Part shown: positions 58,901 through 64,000 of the stretch, in pieces
Layout: the number at the start of each line of letters is the position of its first letter
Numbering within the stretch: the stretch's first letter is position 1
Source of the DNA: Trichoplax adhaerens
Lineage: Eukaryota; Animalia; Placozoa
Direction: 5' to 3'
Length of the DNA stretch: 64,000 bases
Assembly (NCBI RefSeq): GCF_000150275.1
Contig: NW_002060944.1
Location: 7,244,756-7,308,755 of the forward strand
Translations under genes and position numbers: made by a program
The notes under the pieces: model-generated
What the model saw: the letters and a program-made list of their open reading frames with translations, nothing else
Database searches by the model: none
What the model was told of the DNA's origin: nothing

Positions 58901-60613
58901 CGTTGTATGTGCCAATTTTTTCTCAACCTTACGCATTAACGATCTCATTGACTCTAATTGTCAGGCAGCGTAAATAGGCTAAATGTTGTACTAGGTATAT
59001 GAATGAAGTATTACTAGCTTAAGATTGAATAATTTGGTTGTTTTAATCAATCTTATTAACTGTCATTATGATAGAGAAAGGATAGTTTTTAACCGTCTTA
59101 ATTTTACGCTCACTAATCAAGTATTACTCCGCTGTGCTTAGATGTACTCTACTTTAACGTATTCATGATCTCATGAAATCTAATTATGCACTGATTGAAT
59201 GGGCTAAAAAATTGCTTCTATTCTAAATTTTAGCCTCAATTTCTAATTACTTAGAATTAAAATTTTCATTAACTTTAACGCATTCATAATCTTGTTGACT
59301 CCAATCAGGGAACAGACTTAATAGGCTTCATGTTGTATTTATTAATCAAGTATTATAAGCCGAAATAATTTCTTCTTTAATGGGGATTGAATTATGTTTT
59401 TATAAAATGAATAGATGCCGGCCCAGCCTTTTCTTATTCCTTTTTTCCTTTCATTACGTTCTTTGACAGCTGTAGAATAACATTTTGACATTCTAGGATG
59501 ACTACAGGAAGATTTTAAAATTATTTTTAATACCTATCTGTTATGACATAAAATAGACGGCTGCTATAGTTAGTAAAACCACATCTTTTTAATTAATCGT
59601 TTCCATAAATTTTTCATTATCCACTAGGTAAGCCACAAGCCAAGTTCGTCCATTTTAAAGTGCCTTTAGAGAGAATTGAGAAAAGGTAAAATTATGTTTC
59701 TGTTTTCGTAGCTGTATCTACCAAGTCTTTCTCAACGAATGAATAGAAACGACTATTAAAATTCATGCTAGTGTGTAATCAATTGAGATTCTAGTTGATT
59801 GAACTGCAATTTACTTGCAATTTTACATGATCGACTGCAATAATTTCTCCTAAGTTCATTATAGGTAGTTTAAAAATTTTAAACGAATTGCTTTCAAGTC
59901 TTAATAGTTATCTATATTAGCATATACCGCTAATTAGCCATTTCATCGAGAAGATGAAAAGGCACATCTACACTACAGTATATCCCTTAAGTATATAAGT
60001 AATTTTAGCAGCTTTGCTTTGCCTAGAGCTTAAGAAGTATAAAATTAAATCGACATTATTTTTATGGTAATTTTATTCTAGATAGTTTGCTTTAGTTAAA
60101 GATTAAGTGTACAGTAATTATAAATCTACCGCAGTAGTATTCTATTCTATTTCCTATAATTTAAATTGCTTAAAGTTTGGTGATAGAAAGCGACGATATA
60201 TCTGCACAACTAATTATTCAATTTTATTTTAACCGTAATTGTTTCTCATCATCTCTGGAATTTCAGAAGATCGGATTCAATATATTCTGGACGTATTTTA
60301 AGACCGCTGATCTACTTTTACCTGCATATTTTCTCATATCAAAGATACCTCCTATTTCTACGCTCCTTTCTATTCATTTATCAAGAAAATTGAATTCTAA
60401 CCTATTCCATTTCAGACTTATTAACTTGATTTTGATTGAAATCTTTAAGCTACTAGCCTCTCAATTAAATTTTGATTCAGAACTGTCTCTATTATCAATC
60501 AACAACTTACAGAATTAAATTTATATCTTAATTCGAACTCTATCCATAATTATCTATTCCATTGGCTTGGATTATAATTCAATACTGTGGTACTCTATTC
60601 AAGATCTTTATTA

Positions 60614-63600
60614 ATGGCTACTCAATCTTGTTTACGGATCAATTTTATCGGTTGTTTTGCCGTTGTCTTATTATTAATCATGACTCGAAGTCAATCATCA
60701 TTGACAGCAGCCGCAGAACCTTCTCAAATCATGTTGATGTCTGCTGATGAAACTTTAACATCTTCGTTAATATGTAAGTTTGTCATGAATGCTTTAACTG
60801 CATTTAGACGGATAAGATCATGATGGCATACAGGATTAGCATTTATCTGAGGTGCTAACTAGAATGAAAATGGTTCCTTAATCTTCTTTTTATTGGTTTT
60901 TGAATATCTTTCAATTTTATTGGTTTATTTATAGTTTTTTCTTTAGTTGGTTGTCTCCTCTTTTAAGAAAAATTTCATTCCACTTTATTGCTCCTAGTCT
61001 TGAATATCCATCTATGCTTAGGAATACTATTGACGTAGTAGATTGTACTATTTACGAAAAAAGATTTTTCAACTTGCCTTCAATACCTCTTTAGCATATT
61101 CTGATTGTTCTAACTGGTCGTTTTCCTCTTAATAGATTGTTTCCTCTTTTAAGAGTAACTTCATCTTACTTTATCTATGCCAAACTAAAGCAGAACATCT
61201 ACCTACATTTAGGAATAGTATAGATGTAGTTGATTGTCTTTTTCTAAGATCATTTCATTTTACTCTATTTGCATTATACCTTACTTCAGCAACGCAACTA
61301 TCTCAATTCCAGGTAGTAGAAACGAGGTAGATTGCTGCCTTTTCCTAAGATCATTTCGTTTTCCTCTGTTCTCCTTATCCTTCGGCAAAGCATCAATCTC
61401 TATTCCAGATAGTATAGAGATGAGGTAGATAGTCTTTTCCGAAGATCGTTTCATTTTACTCAGTTCACCTTATACATCAGCAAAGCGTCCATCTGTCTTC
61501 CAGATGGTAGAGATGAGATAGATTGTCGTCTATAAAATTCATTTCTTTCTTTGCTTTCTACCTCAGTAAAACGTCTCACCTACTTTGAGAAATAGCATAG
61601 GTAAAATAAGTTACTTCTCCTATATGCACTGTTATATTTTATAAAATGCGAATTTTATGATCTAAAAATCTTCCTGTCTATATCTCACCATGAAATGGAA
61701 AATTTTTATCCACCGTGGTATAATAAACCTGAGCAGTTCTAATTGGTTGTAAACGCGTATTAAAATTGAAAGATTTTCTTTCTGACTAATGTCTTCTCAC
61801 CATTAATTGTAGCTATCCATCGTTTTGATTATTCTACCATAGCGAGCGAATTTTCATCAGATATCATGACTACTGCAACTAAAGGTTAGTATCTCGGACA
61901 TTTATTGGATGTTGATCCTTTTAATCCACAATAATAACCATGATTCTTGTCTTTTGTCATTACTGACTAATTGAAGGAGCAGTAATTCAAGCCAGTAGTG
62001 TTACTATCGGTAAGTTATAGATTCTACTAATGAAATTATCTTGCTGTTAAGAGCTATGCTTGAATTGATCTTTTTCTACTAACACTTCTTACTTATACGC
62101 ATACAACAGAAACTATTGCCTCAACAACTGTCGTAACTACAATTCCAACAACACAACCAACACCTGCAGCAAGTTAGTAAAATCAGCTATAGTGAATAAT
62201 TCTGAGTAAGAGGTTTAATCGTTTATTATATTACTATGAAAAGACAGTAACTGTACTATTTATTAGTCATGCTACGTTATAGTAATTCCGTTGTTAAAAA
62301 GAAATAAAATAAGTCTGAGTAACATAGGACGTGAAGTTGTTCATAGTATTTTTATGGAAAGGTAGCAATTATACTTCAATTTTATCGCAACTGTGCTATA
62401 TTTTAGAAAGAAAGGAACAATTTTAACAGTAATAGCACTTGTTTTCAGCATTGTTATGAAAGACAGCAGCTACATTGCTAATACAATATTATCCTATGCC
62501 ATAGTAGTCTTGAAGTAGCTTTTAAAAGAAGATTGAATCGTTGTGAGGAAAAAGCAATACTAAATTGTGTTATGGGAAATGTTAACTTGTTCCTAGCATT
62601 GCTATGAAAGACAGCAGCTACATTGCTAATACAGCAATACGCTATACTATAGTAACCTTGAAGTAGTTTAAAAAGAAAACTAAATCGTTACGGGGAATAA
62701 AGAATATTAAATCATGTAATAGAAAATGCTAACTTGTTCCTAGCATTGCTACGAAAGACAGCAGCGATATTGCTAACGAAGCTATTCTATAGCAGTCTTG
62801 AAGCAGTTTTAAAGAAGATTGAAGATTGAAATCTTTGAGCAGTTGTGATGTATAAGGGAATGTTAATCATATAGCAGGAAATGCTAACTTGTTCTTAGCA
62901 TTACTATGAAAGAGAGCAGCTACATTGCTGAATCTGCAACATACTACGTTAAAATAGACTTAAAGTAGTTTAAAAGCAGATCACATACAAGGAGATATCC
63001 TATTTATAACAATAATAGTGTATGCGATAAGTGGATATAGTTGTTAGTAATGGTTTATTATATATAGCCTAGATTTAGTTTTAGAGAAGAATAAATAATT
63101 TTTAGTAATAGAGAATGTCAAGTTGTTCATAGCAATACAGTGAAAAAGCAACAGCTTGTAAAGTAAAGTTAAGCTATGTTATAACAGTCTTGCTGTGATT
63201 TTTGAGAGGAATAAGTCTGAGTAACAAGAAACGCCATTCACAGCATCACTATGAGAAGATGGCGGTGATACTATTGGTATGTTAAAGCGGTTTTGCTACG
63301 TTCTTTTGAGAGAGAGGGATCGCTCTGAAAATAGGGGCATTAAGTTGTTTAAGGTATTATTATCGGACGATTCACATCGCGCTTATACTTATAGTTATAT
63401 TTGATTATAGCAGTTCGCTGTGATGAATAGTTCTGAGTAATAAGGAAAAGTTATTCGTAGCATTGCTAAGGGATGATGGGATCTATAATATTTGTGTAGT
63501 AGCGCTAGATTATAGCAAGTTTATTGCAGTTTTATAATGAATTTGAATTACTTACCTTAAAATCGTTTTCTTCCAAGTCCATCAATATCTTGAATATTAA

Positions 63601-64000
63601 CATAAGACCATATATAGCTTTATAAGTTAACACATTTCCTATTGGAAATAAGATCATGATTGCTAGTCTGCCCTAGATCATCTATTTTTCCTATCAATTC
63701 TTTCCTATGACTTATTTGCTGATACTGATCTATTTTTGCACCATTTCTCTATTTTAGCCACTAGGATACCTTGTAATGGTCAATGCCATGCGAATGCTAC
63801 CTGCCAAGGCTCGGGAGGAAATGAAAGATGCGAATGTGAATCTAGCCTAGGATATTATGGAGACGGGATTACATGTACAGGTAGAACAAGAATCAATAAT
63901 TTGAATCCTTTTTTAGTTTACAATTCTGTATACAGCATCTAAGTAACAGTTTAAGGACTATTTATATTGTTATAGAATTTACTGACGATCTACGCATATT
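60614..64000 (+). CDS. Secreted or membrane protein: signal peptide, Ser/Thr-rich stalk, EGF-like domain. 5' part only; continues beyond the window.
   Basis: Phase-1 exons 60614-60773, 61861-61884, 61977-62009, 62110-62172, 63758-63880 and 63976 onward join in frame. MATQSCLRINFIGCFAVVLLLIM is signal-like; CNGQCHANATCQGSGGNERCECESSLGYYGDGITC is EGF-like. Confidence 0.75.
60970..61610. repeat. Intronic diverged tandem repeat, ~95-bp unit, about 6 copies
   Basis: aagatcatttc.tttt.ctc...gcaaagc...atct..attccagatagta.aga..aggtagat recurs. Confidence 0.75.
62220..63500. repeat. Intronic diverged tandem repeat, ~100-150-bp unit, about 9 copies
   Basis: aacttgttc.tagcattgctatgaaagacagcagctacattgctaa...agtcttgaagtagttt recurs. 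Confidence 0.85.

Overview
AT-rich eukaryotic (animal) genomic DNA with compact, multi-exon genes and short GT-AG introns. This style suggests a placozoan such as Trichoplax, but that is inference. Genes read by joining exons by eye, in order: HAGH/glyoxalase II (-, 5' part, runs off the window start), CCDC13 (-), a PAR-family bZIP factor (+), XYLB (-), a MYO1B-like class I myosin (+), SEM1/DSS1 (-), MANBA (+), AARSD1/AlaX (+), and the 5' part of a secreted or membrane Ser/Thr-rich EGF protein (+, runs off the window end). Apparently empty stretches hold decayed coding relics: two paralogous LRR pseudogenes (about 48.8-51.7 kb and 55.7-58.9 kb) and a possible NACHT-type relic (about 21.6-22.9 kb), plus several diverged tandem repeats. 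Most notable: (1) the myosin-I lever arm has 8 IQ exons, five of them tandem 87-nt phase-0 cassettes; (2) in the PAR-bZIP gene the strongest splice sites put the activation domain and the bZIP in different frames; (3) dense TACAG/CTGTA palindromic arrays, and a mirror-image ~55-bp element, mark the divergent promoters; (4) HAGH and AARSD1 both have in-frame dual starts adding mitochondrial-type presequences; (5) a candidate 13-nt poison microexon sits inside the AARSD1 zinc-binding motif. No prokaryotic features, CRISPR arrays, tRNAs or rRNAs were recognised.
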